The notes beneath the pieces were generated by a model, which saw only the letters and a program-made list of their open reading frames with translations, was not told the DNA's origin and searched no databases. Source: Eimeria praecox (lineage: Eukaryota). From it: a DNA stretch of 64,000 bases. The DNA is taken from positions 2,666,001-2,730,000 of the forward strand of contig OY986950.1 of NCBI GenBank assembly GCA_963920595.1. The letters run 5' to 3'. Shown here in pieces: positions 23,259 to 56,155 of the stretch. Both the position numbers and the translations under genes were made by a program. The first letter of the stretch is position 1, and each line of letters starts with the position of its first letter.

Positions 23259-25497
23259 ATGGTAAGAGGTTTAATTCCCTTCGTATTTCTAGTGATTTGA
23301 TGCCTATGAGAAGGATGATTCAAGATATACAGATCGTAGCATCTGTTATGTTATTTCCTGGTTTTTTCATTCGGAATTAGAACTCTTTTCTTATTTTAAT
23401 CAATATTTATTAATCTAATTTATTCGTTTTTCATGAGTGGGGCTTTGATTCCTTCTCTTTTCTCTCTGACAGAAGAAGGCTTCCTACTCACCCCACTGCT
23501 GCATGTTGTTGTGGGACTGTGTTGTCTATTTTTTCAAATTTCGCGGGCTCTTTATACATTAATATTTAAAATATAAATTTAAATAATGTCTTATTATACA
23601 GAATATCGATACAGTTGCCACTTTAGAATGTTTTTTGTATATAACCCCAGGCTTCTAGGGCTTTCCTTGCATCGGCGGCAGCAGCGATAAGATGTATATG
23701 TATTTATTCTCGATATTTTCTCTCATTTTCTTGTTTTTTGTTTGTCTGTTTATTTGTATTATATCTATGAAAGTATATACGGAATTCGTATGATGCTCTG
23801 TATACATTTAGCCCTCTATCAATCTTGCAGCGATATATGTGCGGTGTGTTTATTTGGGTGTATGCACATACACCTGAATATGTTGAATTATTTGATTGTT
23901 TTTCTACCAAATTTTCACACGATTATCTTAATTATTTGATTCATTTGTTTGTTTTATTATTAATCTTAGGCTCGCGGACCAAAGAAGCACATGAAGCGGC
24001 TCGCCGCCCCCTCTCATTGGATGCTGAATAAGATAACAGGACATTATGCTCCTCGTCCTTCTCCCGGTAAGATATGCAGGCGAAAATAATTTATTTAGAT
24101 GTGTTAGGTTATTTAAGACTATATATATAGATTTATAGGTAGATAGATATAGATTTCGATATAGATAGATATATATAGATATATACAGATATGTATATAT
24201 ATATATCTATATATATATATATATAGATAGATAGATATAGATATAGATATATCTATATCTATGTCTATGTGTATCTATATATATCTATATATATCTATAT
24301 ATATATATGTATAGATATAGATATTTGTTTGTTTTGTTTGTTTTTTCAGGACCTCACAAGCTTCGTGAATGTCTTCCTCTTGCAGTATTATTACGTAATC
24401 GTTTGAAATATGCATTAACATATCACGAAACAAAATTAATAGTAATGCAAAGATTAATTAAAGTAGATGGGAAGGTAAGAACAGATCAGTGCTACCCAAC
24501 TGGTTTTATGGATGTAGTATCAATAGATAAAACTAAACAACACTATCGTCTTCTTTTAGATACAAAGGGAAGATTCGTTCCGCGTTTAATTTCAAGTGAT
24601 GAAGCTAAATATAAATTATGTAAAGTTAAAAAAATTATTATTGGAGCCAAAGCTATCCCTATGCTTGTTACACATGATGCAAGAACAATACGATTCCCTC
24701 ATCCTAATATCAAAGTACATGATACTATTCGTCTTAATATTGAAGATTCAAAGGTAAGATATATATATATATTAATTGATTTAGATTTAAATAGATTTAG
24801 ATTCGTTTGTAGATTCAGTTTCATATATATACACCTCATGTCCTGTATATACACCCCAAGTTAGCCCAGTCAACGTCCTGCTGTTGCTGCTGCTGTTTGT
24901 TTGTTTGTTTGTTTTTTTTGTTGTTTGTTTGTTTGTTTGTTTGTTTTTGTTGCGAGTTTGTGGGAGAGGGAGAGGGATGGCTTCGTTGTTTTCTTCTATT
25001 TCTTTTAGTTTTATTTCTTTTTATTATGTTTATATATTGTATGTATTCTATCAATCTTTCTTCTTTTATTTTATGTTTATATTTTGTTTATTTTTCTGTT
25101 TTAATTATAAAATTGTTTATTATTTTTTTAAATAAATTATATGTTATCTCGATTTAATTTTTTTAAAATTAATTATATTTATTATTTGTGTTTATCTTTT
25201 CTTTTTTTATAGATATTGGAGACCTACAAATTTGAAGTAGGGAATCTAGCTATGATAACGGGGGGCCATAACGTCGGTCGTGTTGGTACGATCATAAATA
25301 GAGAGAGGCATTTAGGTAGTTTTGATATTGTACATATACGCGATCAGAGAGGGAATGAGTTTGCTACCAGAATTAATAATGTATTTGTTATTGGAAAGGG
25401 AGAAAAACCCATGATATCGCTACCCAAAGATAAAGGGATTAGGCTCTCCATATTTGAAGATAGACAGCTCAAACTCAAGAAAAACGCGGGCTTATAA
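23259..25497 (+). CDS. RPS4: 40S ribosomal protein S4 (eS4), 262 aa, 4 exons
   Basis: Exons 23259-23261 (ATG only, donor gtaaga), 23970-24066, 24350-24753, 25213-25497 total 789 nt. Product [20 protein letters not shown]...[11 protein letters not shown]...GGHNVGRVG...[12 protein letters not shown] is typical eS4. Confidence 0.97.
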
Positions 25498-25571
25498 ATA
25501 TATATATATATATATACATAACATATATATGTATATCTATATCTATCTATCTATGTAGATAGATAGGTAGA

Positions 25572-25634
<63 letters not shown>

Positions 25635-25993
25635 ATGTGTGGTAAGCCGGATCTATCTCTATCTTTCTTATTTTCTTCTTATGCAAGAGAAGAAAGATGT
25701 ATTCTATAAAATATATTAAAAACAAACAAACACAGAAACGAATGCTGTTATAGCTTCTCTAATAACCAGGGGTTTATGTGTTTGTGAGACAGACTTGCTT
25801 TGGATCTTAAAACATTTTAAATAAACAAAACAAGAAGAAAAAATATATTTATTTACTAAACTTCACGGTAGAAGAGACCTGCCTATACACCCGAAACATC
25901 TTCTGTTCTTATTAGATATATAATACAAATATTAGAGTAGATAATTAGTTTTGAGTTTGTTTTAATTGTTGTCTTATTACTATTATTTTAATT

Positions 25994-26190
25994 GTAGGGT
26001 ATAGCGATACTGATGCTGCTGCTGCTGTAGACTCACACTCTGCTGCTGCTGCTGTAGATTCATACTCTGCTGCTGCTGCTGTAGACTCACACTCTGCTGC
26101 TGCTGCTGTAGATTCATACTCTGCTGCTGCTGCTGTAGACTCACACTCTGCTGCTGCTGCTGTAGATTCATACTCTGCTGCTGCTGCTGT
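25994..26190 (+). repeat. 36-bp minisatellite of alternating 18-mers (CTG run + TAGACTCACA / TAGATTCATA)
   Basis: Three copies of the dimeric unit between the convergent RPS4 and thioesterase 3' ends. Confidence 0.85.
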
Positions 26191-26222
26191 TTTCTTATGA
26201 GGAAATTATGAAAGGAAGTTCA

Positions 26223-26262
<40 letters not shown>

Positions 26263-26511
26263 TCCATTATTTTCTAGTTTATGACTAGCAGCAATACATA
26301 GAAATTGTTGTAGGAGGAAGCTCTAGATAATATAGTAATTTCTTATATTTATTATTATTTATTTAATTATTGTTTATTCTGTTAGTTTTATTTTTATATT
26401 TTATCTAAAATAAACTATTTTATTTTTGTTAGATTCTAACGAGAAATATAACTGCAATTTGAGAACCTCCGGTCTCTTTAGATATTCTTGTCTTCAAGAC
26501 AAGAATATGTG

Positions 26512-26569
<58 letters not shown>

Positions 26570-26970
26570 TATATCTATATCTATATCTCTATATAGATAC
26601 AGATATAGATATGGATAGATATAGATATATAGATAGATATAGATATATAGATATAGATATAGATATTTGTCTATTTATTTATACATTGATAAATAGATAG
26701 ATAAGATATATAAGATAGATAGATATAGATAGATAGATAGATATAGATAGATAGATATAGATAGATAGATAGATATATTATATATCTACATGTTTAATAA
26801 CTGCAGTCTTTGCGTCAGTTACCAATCCCTCTAGAAATGAAGAAAGAGTGAAACAATCATAATTTATAAAATTAATATTTAAGAGACGAATCTTCTTCTT
26901 AACCTGCAGGAAATATTTATTTTTATTTATTTTTCTAGTTTTTCGGGTGTACATACACCTCAGCCTTACT

Positions 26971-27307
26971 TCATTGCCCATATTCTATCCCTAATAAAAC
27001 ACCATCTAACACTTCTACTATTTTATTAAAAAAGATTTGACGAGCAGTAGAATCAAATACGAGCCCATGGTCTCCAGCTATTTCAACAACAACGTTCTTG
27101 CTGCTGTTGCTGCTGCTGCTGTTGTTGCTGTTGCTGTTGTTACTGCTGTTGTTGCTGCTGCTGTTGTTGTTGTTGCTGCTGCTGCCGAAGCCTGTGCTGC
27201 TGTTGGGAGGTTGAAACAAATCAAACCAACCAGAAAACAGTGAGGTGTCTGCTAGTTGTTGGTCTTTGCTTCCTCGAAAAACAGATATAGGAATATCTGC
27301 AGAAAAA

Positions 27308-27399
<92 letters not shown>

Positions 27400-27636
27400 C
27401 TATGTTCTGAGTGATGGCGTTTTCAGGTGTATATACACCTCAGCAGTATCTTGTATTTGAATCTGTGTTAAGACGTACTGTTTAAAGGCGAACCCAAATC
27501 AGTATATTTATATTCATCTAACATATTGTGGTCTGCCCGAAGCAGAGGCTCATAGACAAACCACATATCTTTTTGAAATAGAACTTCATTACAATTCCAC
27601 GCTCGTAGTTGAGTCTAAGAAAAAAACAAACAAGAA

Positions 27637-27713
<77 letters not shown>

Positions 27714-28457
27714 GAGAGAGAGAGATAGATAGAGATAGAGATAGAGATATATAGAAAATAAAAAAAAAGATGGAAACAAAAACAAATAATAAATAGCACA
27801 AAAAAAATAATTAAAAAATATTGAATAAATTTAAAAATATCAAATATAAATAATACATAGCAAAAAAAACATGAAAAGAAGATAAAATAGAGATAAAAGC
27901 ACAAAATCATTTATATAAATTAATAAAAATAAATAAATAAATAAATAAATTTACAAGGGAATCTATTATATAAAGAAACAAATAAACAACAACAACAATA
28001 AATGAAGAGATAAAGGAAGAAAAAGAAAGACAGGCTTAAGAAAGACGAAAGAGCCAATAGAATTATTTTTTATATATTTATTTATTCTTTAATTTAATAC
28101 AATAAAGACACCATAATCAAAGAAAAACACAAAAATAAAAATAAAAATAAAAATTTGAGGTGTATGTACACCTCAATTTTTTATCAACGGACTTGAAAAC
28201 CTTCGGTGTCAAGATCTGCTGTTTTTCTCCAAGGCCTCAGGTGTATAGGCAGGTTAGGGCTAACCATAGAAGCAGCAATAAAATGAAGAGGGGTAGGTAG
28301 TTTTAGTTGTTTAATAAGACAAATAACTTCATAAGCAATCCATGCCCCCATAGAATAACCGATAAGAACATATGGCGCGTTTCCTCTTTCTATCTAAATA
28401 GAAAAAAAGAAAAAAAAACAATTATATATATATATATATATATACATATATATATTA

Positions 28458-28488
<31 letters not shown>

Positions 28489-28592
28489 TAAAAAAAATTA
28501 TAAAATAAACAAATACAACTTCTGATATATTCTATTGACTCTCTTCCATAGCATGGATGCTTTCTATGGGTTTATTATTATTATTATTATTA

Positions 28593-28625
<33 letters not shown>

Positions 28626-28742
28626 TAAATCTAAAGAATGTGTGTTTTCAAGGCTTTTTTCTTTTGTTGTAGACAGAAGATATACTTCTTTCTCCTCTAC
28701 CAAATCGAATCCAAATGATTTCATATATATTTTTGTATAGAA

Positions 28743-28812
<70 letters not shown>

Positions 28813-29250
28813 TATAGATATATATATATATTTTCTGGTGTATTATAAGAAACTACATAGATTAAATTGTTGTTTATATTTATTATTAGGGTATAAATAT
28901 GTGTTAATGAGGTGTATATACACCTTACCATAGGTCTCATAGCTGCCAATGAAAGCTTTGCTGCTTGTTGAATATGTTTAGGATGTTCTTCTTTTCTTCG
29001 TAGGCCTCTGAAAGGTAGTTGAACCCCAAGAAGAGCAATTCTTTCTTTTTTTATAAAATCACAGAGAGGATTCGGCATAGGAGATAATGTTGTGCCTACA
29101 CCAGTCCAAATAGATGATTCCATACCTGAAACAGGTGTACATACACCGCAAAAAATAAATAGTTTATATTAAAAAAAAAATAGATTCAGTGTTTTCAATA
29201 TGTTTAAAGAAATAGATTCAAATCACCCAGAGATAAAGAAAACCATAGAT

Positions 29251-29312
<62 letters not shown>

Positions 29313-29602
29313 TTAGGAATATGAAGGTTTAGAGCCTAGACTTGGGGGGTTAGACCCAGTGTTGTGTATTGTTTGTTTTTGCATGAAATGTTTAAATAAA
29401 TAATTTAAATAAATTATATTTATTAATAATAATAATGATTATTATTATTAATATTATTATTATTAAATTCTCTCGCCTCACCAGCACCAGGGAAACAGAA
29501 AACCCACAAACGCGGTTCGCCGGTGGGCATGACTGCCCTAGGAAACCACTTTTCATCAGGTGTACGTACACCTGAAGTTTGAGGGTTCTTGATTACCCCC
29601 AT
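26971..29602 (-). CDS. Stand-alone type II thioesterase (GrsT/SrfAD/OLAH-like alpha/beta hydrolase), 326 aa, 5 exons
   Basis: Minus-strand exons 29602-29482, 29125-28929, 28393-28193, 27614-27479, 27296-26971 total 981 nt. Motifs: RLWVFCFPGAG, VQLPFRGLR, PYVLIGYSMGAWIAYE (GxSxG), PLLRAD, FRGSKD, GDHG (catalytic His). Confidence 0.9.
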
Positions 29603-30365
29603 TTTGAAAATATTTGAAGAATAGAATAAATAAAAGAATAAATTAATATATGAATAGCAATAAAAACAATAGAAGGCGGTGTCGTCGGCGGCGGTTGACT
29701 GGAAAGGAGAGCCGAAGGGGGGGGGGGGGGGGGGCCCACCAGAGGAAATAGAGTGATATAATTATATTGTAAATATTGCAATGAAAAGAATATAAAATTG
29801 TTTTTAAATATTAATTTGATGTATTTAATTATAAAATGTCGATCAACAAAATCAAACAACAAATACTGAGGTTGTTGCTTGCGTGCGCTCCGCGGCGGCG
29901 AGCGCCGGCGACCGACAATGAGGAGAAGAAAGCTGCATTAAAAGAAATAGATTAAAGAAATAAACATATTAATTAATTTAATTATATATTTTAAAAATAA
30001 AAACAAAGAAATTAAATATATTTCATACAATTTATTACTCGAATTCTACTGCATTTCAGCAAGATCAAGTTGCATGGTTTCAAGAATGGCAGTGACACAC
30101 ACACACACACACGAAACAAAACAAGAAAAACATAAAATTTTCTCTAATTTCTTTATTTTATTAAATAAAATAAATTTAATTAAATAATTTAATTAAATAT
30201 TTATATTATTCTCTACATATTTTTCTCGCTTTATCCCTCCAACTAATGACAAGTATGTTGCTTTCTACTAAATCATTAATTGTGAGATTTCACCTTCACA
30301 GAATTTTTCAAGAATTTCAAGAAATAATGTCTAAAATAATAATTTATTATCATAGATAGCCCCAT

Positions 30366-30449
<84 letters not shown>

Positions 30450-30533
30450 ATTTGAAAAGCCAATCCATTAGCGATTATGAATATCTTATTTGAAACTAAC
30501 ACAATAAATTTTTTATTATGGGGACGCTGTTTG

Positions 30534-30572
<39 letters not shown>

Positions 30573-31071
30573 CTATATTGCTGCTTCTCTAAACAAATGA
30601 GACAGAGCTACTTGTATACTATATAATGATATATAATATAATAATAATATTTAATATACATAATTAACTATTATTCTGAGGAAGGGTTAACCCTAAACAA
30701 CATTATATATTCTATAAACTCTCTTCTATTTTGTTTTTATTCTGTCATACATTACAATCTATGTTTACAGAGAAGACGTTAAATATAATAAACTAAATCG
30801 TATATAATAAACATAATAAATATTTTTATTAATTGTATTTATATTTTATTTCTAAAATAATAATATTGAGCTAGTGAGGATAGGTGTTTATATCTCCACC
30901 CTGTTTGTTTTTATTTTATTTTTTGAACGGTGGAGATAGCAATAAATAAATTCTTTTCTTCTTTTTATATTTTCAGGTTGATAATATTAAACAAGAAAAA
31001 CAAATATTAGCAAGAATATTAGGCGAAGACCAAAGCTTTCATGCCTTTTCAATATATATATATATATACAC

Positions 31072-31144
<73 letters not shown>

Positions 31145-31318
31145 ATTTTAACAACTTCTTTCTTCTTCTTTAATATATTTTCTTGAAAAACCCTTCAGAA
31201 GACCGGTTTCAACAATTTAGTATTATTATTATTATTATTATTATTATTGTTATTATTATAACAAATATAATATTGTCATAGTAATAATAATATTTCATGT
31301 CAACAAGTTAACGTTAAA

Positions 31319-31352
<34 letters not shown>

Positions 31353-31483
31353 ATTATTATAATTATTAATATTATTATTATTATTATTATTTCTGTGTAA
31401 GTGTACAGAGTCAGTATATTTATGTTTTCTTTGTTTGTGTATGTAGAATCTGTTTTAACTGTAAATCTACAAACATTAAATTT

Positions 31484-31517
<34 letters not shown>

Positions 31518-31630
31518 TATATATATATATAATAGAAACAAGTTTATGTTTTTTTAAACAATTATTTATCTTATATAGCTACTGTCGTACATATCTATTA
31601 CGAGTAAGTGCAAGCCCGCAATTTGATATT

Positions 31631-31694
<64 letters not shown>

Positions 31695-32338
31695 TTAATA
31701 ATTAATATATATTTAATAAACAAATATAGCTAATCTATAAGAAATAGATAACTGCCCTTCGTCCTTCGAGATGTGATGAGTAGAACCTGACGGAGGCTGA
31801 TGAGGAGACGACAAGCTGTATCTTCAGTATTTTTATTTTATTTTATTTTATTTTATTTTATTTTATTTTATTTTATTTTATTTTATTTTATTTTATTTTA
31901 TTTTATTTTATTTCATTTTATTTTATTTTATTTTATTTTATTTTATTTTATTTTATTTTATTTCATTTTATTTTTTGTAAGACTTAAATATAAGAAATTA
32001 TATATAAAAACATAAAAACATAGAAAGAATCAATCTAATATCTTAATCTATCTTTAAACACTCCCTTGAATTACACTTGAATGTTTATACAAACATAGAC
32101 ACACATTCACAGTTTCTGGTAAATGTTTCTATGCAACTGAAACCCACCTCTAATACGTTTATACTTAACGTTTATACTTTTTTTATTATTTATACTATCT
32201 ATAGCGAAGATAAATATAGATTTGTTTTCTATATATCCTCTCTCTCTCTCTCTATATATATATATATTTATTTATTTATACTTGTTTCATCATGTATACT
32301 ATCTATAGAGAAAAGAAATATAGAATTGTTTTCTATAG

Positions 32339-32385
<47 letters not shown>

Positions 32386-33530
32386 GTATACATATACTTA
32401 GGCGAATACACTTCGTATATGGTGTTTTAAATCATAAAACAAGGTTTGATAAGAGTCTTATAGTAGTTTTTATAAATAAAACAAAATAAATAAATTATAT
32501 TTATATAATTTATATAATATAATTATATATTATAAATAAAACAAAGGAAAGAGAGTTTGAGGATAGATAACATAAAGCCATTATAGGATTACTGTAAGAT
32601 GTTTCTCCATAGAATAAATCTGTTAATGTTCTACGCCAGCCACAAAATATTTGATTTAAATTTGTATAAACAGTGAAATAAAGATAAAAAATAAAAAATA
32701 AAAGAGAAAGAATATAAACGATAGACGAAAAGATATTAATCTAGTTGCTGCTGTACATGCAGATTTCACACACTTTCTTATTTTGTGATGTAACGATGAA
32801 GTTGAATAGAAAGTGGAAAGTTGAATTAATTAATTAATTTATTAAACAAAATGAGAGAAACTTGTTTTTTATTCTATTATACTACTATTATTTCTCTCTT
32901 TTGTTGAAGTAGAGGAATTAAATAAACCTCTACATCACTCCTCTCTCCATATTCATCGTATATTGATTTGAAATCGTTGCAGCGATTTCAAATGAAGAAG
33001 ACAAGAGAAAGCAAACTAAAACGGGCATATTTTGTGTTTATATGTTTAGAATATCTTTTATGCATGCATAATTACTCGAATATATATATTTAATTAAGTT
33101 TTATTGCCTTTATTTAGCTCGAATACCTGCAATTTATACATTCTTTCATACATTCAAGTTGAGGTGTACGTACACCTCAAAAATTGAACGAATCCGACGA
33201 TCGTTCTTCTTTCTTGAAATTTCATTGCATACTCGATGGCGTCAATTGGGGCTGGACTCTGTCAGCCCCATTATTATTTTATATTATTTTTTGTATTTTT
33301 AAACATTTTTAATGTTTTAAACTCAATTTATTATCATTAGATTGATGGAGAGAAGAGCGAGGAAGAGTTAATTGCGCCTCTGCATCCACCTTCTCGCTAG
33401 CGCCTCACGCGAGATTCGATTGCTGTCTTTTTGGTTTTTTCTCTCCTTGTTACGACTATTTTTTCATTAATATCAATTTAATAATTGTTAAATGAAGCAA
33501 CACAAGCAACAGCGACAACAGCAGCAGTAG

Positions 33531-33566
<36 letters not shown>

Positions 33567-33748
33567 ACCGCCTCAGATAGATTTTGAGATGAATGCGTTT
33601 GTATTAGGCTTTAGCTTCTCTTTGTGTTTGTGATATATTTGTATGAATTAGAATAATTGTTTTTCTTATACGTATTTTATTTTATTTTATTCTCATGAGT
33701 TTCTGGATATATATTTCTTTCTTTATTATTAGATCATAACACAACAAG

Positions 33749-42983
<9,235 letters not shown>

Positions 42984-43649
42984 ATCTATCAGAGCTGTCT
43001 TTTCTGTTTCTTCTGTCTCTATATCTATTCTATTTTATCTTTTTATATTTATATTTTAATTTTATTTTGTATTTATTTCGTTTAAACAAACAAACAATTG
43101 AAGAAAATGCATACAGAAAGGGCCCTGGGCTGCAGATAACGAGAGATTTAGGGTTTAGGGTTTAGGGTTTAGGGTTTAGGGTTTGAGGCTTAGGGTTTAG
43201 GGTTTAGGGTTTAGGAATGAATGGGCTGGGGCGCGGTAAGCAGCACAGATGCCAGAGAGATCTGTCTGCCATGGTGTAGGACGTAGAGTTTAGGGTTTAG
43301 GGTTTAGGGTTTAGGGTTTAGGGTTTAGGGTTTAGGGTTTATGTAGTCTAGCGGTGCCTGCCTCTGAGCTGTCTGTACAGCTGAGAGGCATCCGCTTCGC
43401 GTTGAAGTTGCTTTGTATTGAATCTTCATTAAATACAATTTAATAAATAAATAAATAAATAATTTATTTCGTGTTTATTAAACAAAACCCCAGCCTTAGC
43501 TTCTGCGTAGTCTGACACTAGCCATAGCTAGCTAGCCATAGTACATAGCTAGCTAGCTAGCTAGCTAGCTAGCTAGCCAGCTTGTTAAGGTGATAAGAAA
43601 TTTCATGATTGAACTGATTAGGCAGCTGATGCTGGGAGGAATGCGCAGC

Positions 43650-43827
43650 CTGAGGTGTACGTACACCTCAGAGGTGCCTATACACCTCAGAGGTGCCCAT
43701 ACACCTCAAGAGGTGCCCATACACCTCAGAGGTGCCCATACACCTCAAGAGGTGCCCATACACCTCAGAGGTGCCCATACACCTCAAGAGGTGCCCATAC
43801 ACCTCAAGAGATGCCCATACACCTCAC
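43650..43827. repeat. Tandem array of about 9 self-complementary 19-20 bp units GAGGTGCCCATACACCTCA(A)
   Basis: Begins with the perfect palindrome CTGAGGTGTACGTACACCTCAG, followed by eight derived units. Confidence 0.9.
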
Positions 43828-43956
43828 AGCACCGAAGCCCCTGTATCTACGTAAAAACGAATTTAATTAATTTTATTCAAACAACCAAATAATACACTAA
43901 GTGTAAATTCAAACAAAGCAAGAAAACAAACTACTCACATCCCCTTCGTCAGCGCC

Positions 43957-44026
<70 letters not shown>

Positions 44027-44298
44027 GTCTCAGGGTGTAGTTTTGTTTGATAGATATAAGAGAGCGTTAACTCTGCCTGCAGCAGATCAAAATAAACAAA
44101 TAAAATAAAAATAAAAATAAAAATAAACATAAAAATAAAAATAAAAATAAAAATAAACGTAAATGTTGAGAGTAAACAAATAAAATAAATATAAAAATAT
44201 AATTAAGAATAATTATAATAAAATAAACACAAAAATTATAATGGGGTTGTAGATCGCCTTGAATGCGCTCCGAGGGGAGAATCACAAAATCCAACAAA

Positions 44299-44345
<47 letters not shown>

Positions 44346-44530
44346 ATAGATAAATAAATAAATAAATAAATAAACAAATAAGTAAATAATAAATAAATAA
44401 ACAAATAAATAAATAAATAAATAAATAAAGCGATGAATAAATAAAAAAATTGTTAAATAAATAAATAAATAAACAAATAAATAAACAAATAAATAGTGAA
44501 TAAATAAATAAATACTTAACACATAGATAA

Positions 44531-44573
<43 letters not shown>

Positions 44574-44579
44574 GTAAAA

Positions 44580-44622
<43 letters not shown>

Positions 44623-44647
44623 ATATACATACCAACATCATGAATCT

Positions 44648-54716
<10,069 letters not shown>

Positions 54717-55303
54717 CTTTATTTTTATTTTTATTTTTTTTTTTTTTTTTTTTATACTCTTAATAACAATAACGAGGTGTATAGACACATCAATACAGAT
54801 ATAAATATATCTGTTTATGTTTCTTTTTATATATATATATGACCTTCATAAGGATAAATAAACATGGAAGAAGGGATTAAGATCTGAAAATAAAAAAAAA
54901 ATAAAAAAAAAACAAAATGAAGGTGTACATACACCCCAAATCTTTTGAAATGAAAATAAAATAATAACACACACACACAACATGCAATCTCAGGATATCT
55001 ATCTTCTTTGTTGTTTTCTATCTTTAATAAAAGATAAAAGAGTTGTTGAATTTAATTTTATTTATTTTAATATAATTATAACAATCAATTTCTACTTTTT
55101 CTTCTTTCTTTCCATATTCCTATTGCTGCAAGGAGCTGCCTATACACCTGAAGATCTCGCCTGTATCTAGCGACTCATCTAGCGAATCTGTTAATTCGAA
55201 TCTCTCATTTCTATTTAAATATTCTACAATTAAATTAATATTTATTTGCAAATAAAATACATATTCGCCCTTAGAAGAACTCGTAGAACCCTTCATACGA
55301 TCG

Positions 55304-55339
<36 letters not shown>

Positions 55340-55639
55340 ATCGGGTGGAATCTACGTTGAAAAAACTTTTTTTTTTGAAATATAAATAGAAAAATATAAT
55401 ACAATATTTATTTCAATACATTAATTTATTATTTATTATTTGTTTATATATTTATATCCAAAGCCCCAACCCCAGGGTAACCTGTCGACAGCACGCAAGC
55501 CCAGCAGTTGCTGCCTGCGTTGTTTTATTTACTTTAATAAATTAAAACCGAAATTAATTATATTTCATATTAATTAATATTAATTATTTATTCAGAAGAT
55601 ACATACTAAGACCCTCCCCCACATATTACTCTATCCCCA

Positions 55640-55995
55640 CTATCTAGGGCCCCCCCCCCCCCCCCCCCTACTTCCTATGGGGCCCCACTTCCTAAGAAGT
55701 CCCCCATTTCTTAGGGGCCCCCCGACTTTCTATGGGGCCCCCCACTTCCTATCCCCCCCCCCCTCGCCCCCCCCCCTCCCGTTTTCCTAAGGGGCCCCCC
55801 GACGTCGTCCTAGGGGGCCTCCCACTAACTATGGGACCTCCCACTTCTTATGGGGCCCCCCACTTCTTATGGGGCCCCCCACTTCTTAGGGGGCCCCCCA
55901 CTTCTTAGGGGGCCCCCCACTTCTTAGGGGGCCCCCCACTTCTTTGGGGGCCCCCCAATTTCTAGGGGCCCCCCCACTTCTTAGGGGGCCCCCAG
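55640..55995 (+). repeat. GC-rich minisatellite of about 20 bp (CCACTTCTTAGGGGGCCCC-like)
   Basis: Most regular at 55839-55992; degenerate copies upstream. Confidence 0.85.
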
Positions 55996-56066
55996 TTTAG
56001 GGATGTTGAGTGTATGTATGTATGCAGCAACACTTAATAGAAGAGACAGAAACATAGAAGAAGTTG

Positions 56067-56094
56067 TTAATGTCTTCGCCTTTGTGTTTGTTGT

Positions 56095-56155
<61 letters not shown>

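Noticed and set aside
30891..30938. 10-bp inverted repeat TATCTCCACC...GGTGGAGATA (and TGGGGCTG...CAGCCCCA near 33247-33270)
   Set aside because: Isolated short stems with no further support; a terminator or ncRNA call is not justified.
43650..43827. CRISPR-like appearance of the palindromic repeat array
   Set aside because: Units are directly adjacent with no unique spacers, there are no cas genes and the context is eukaryotic.
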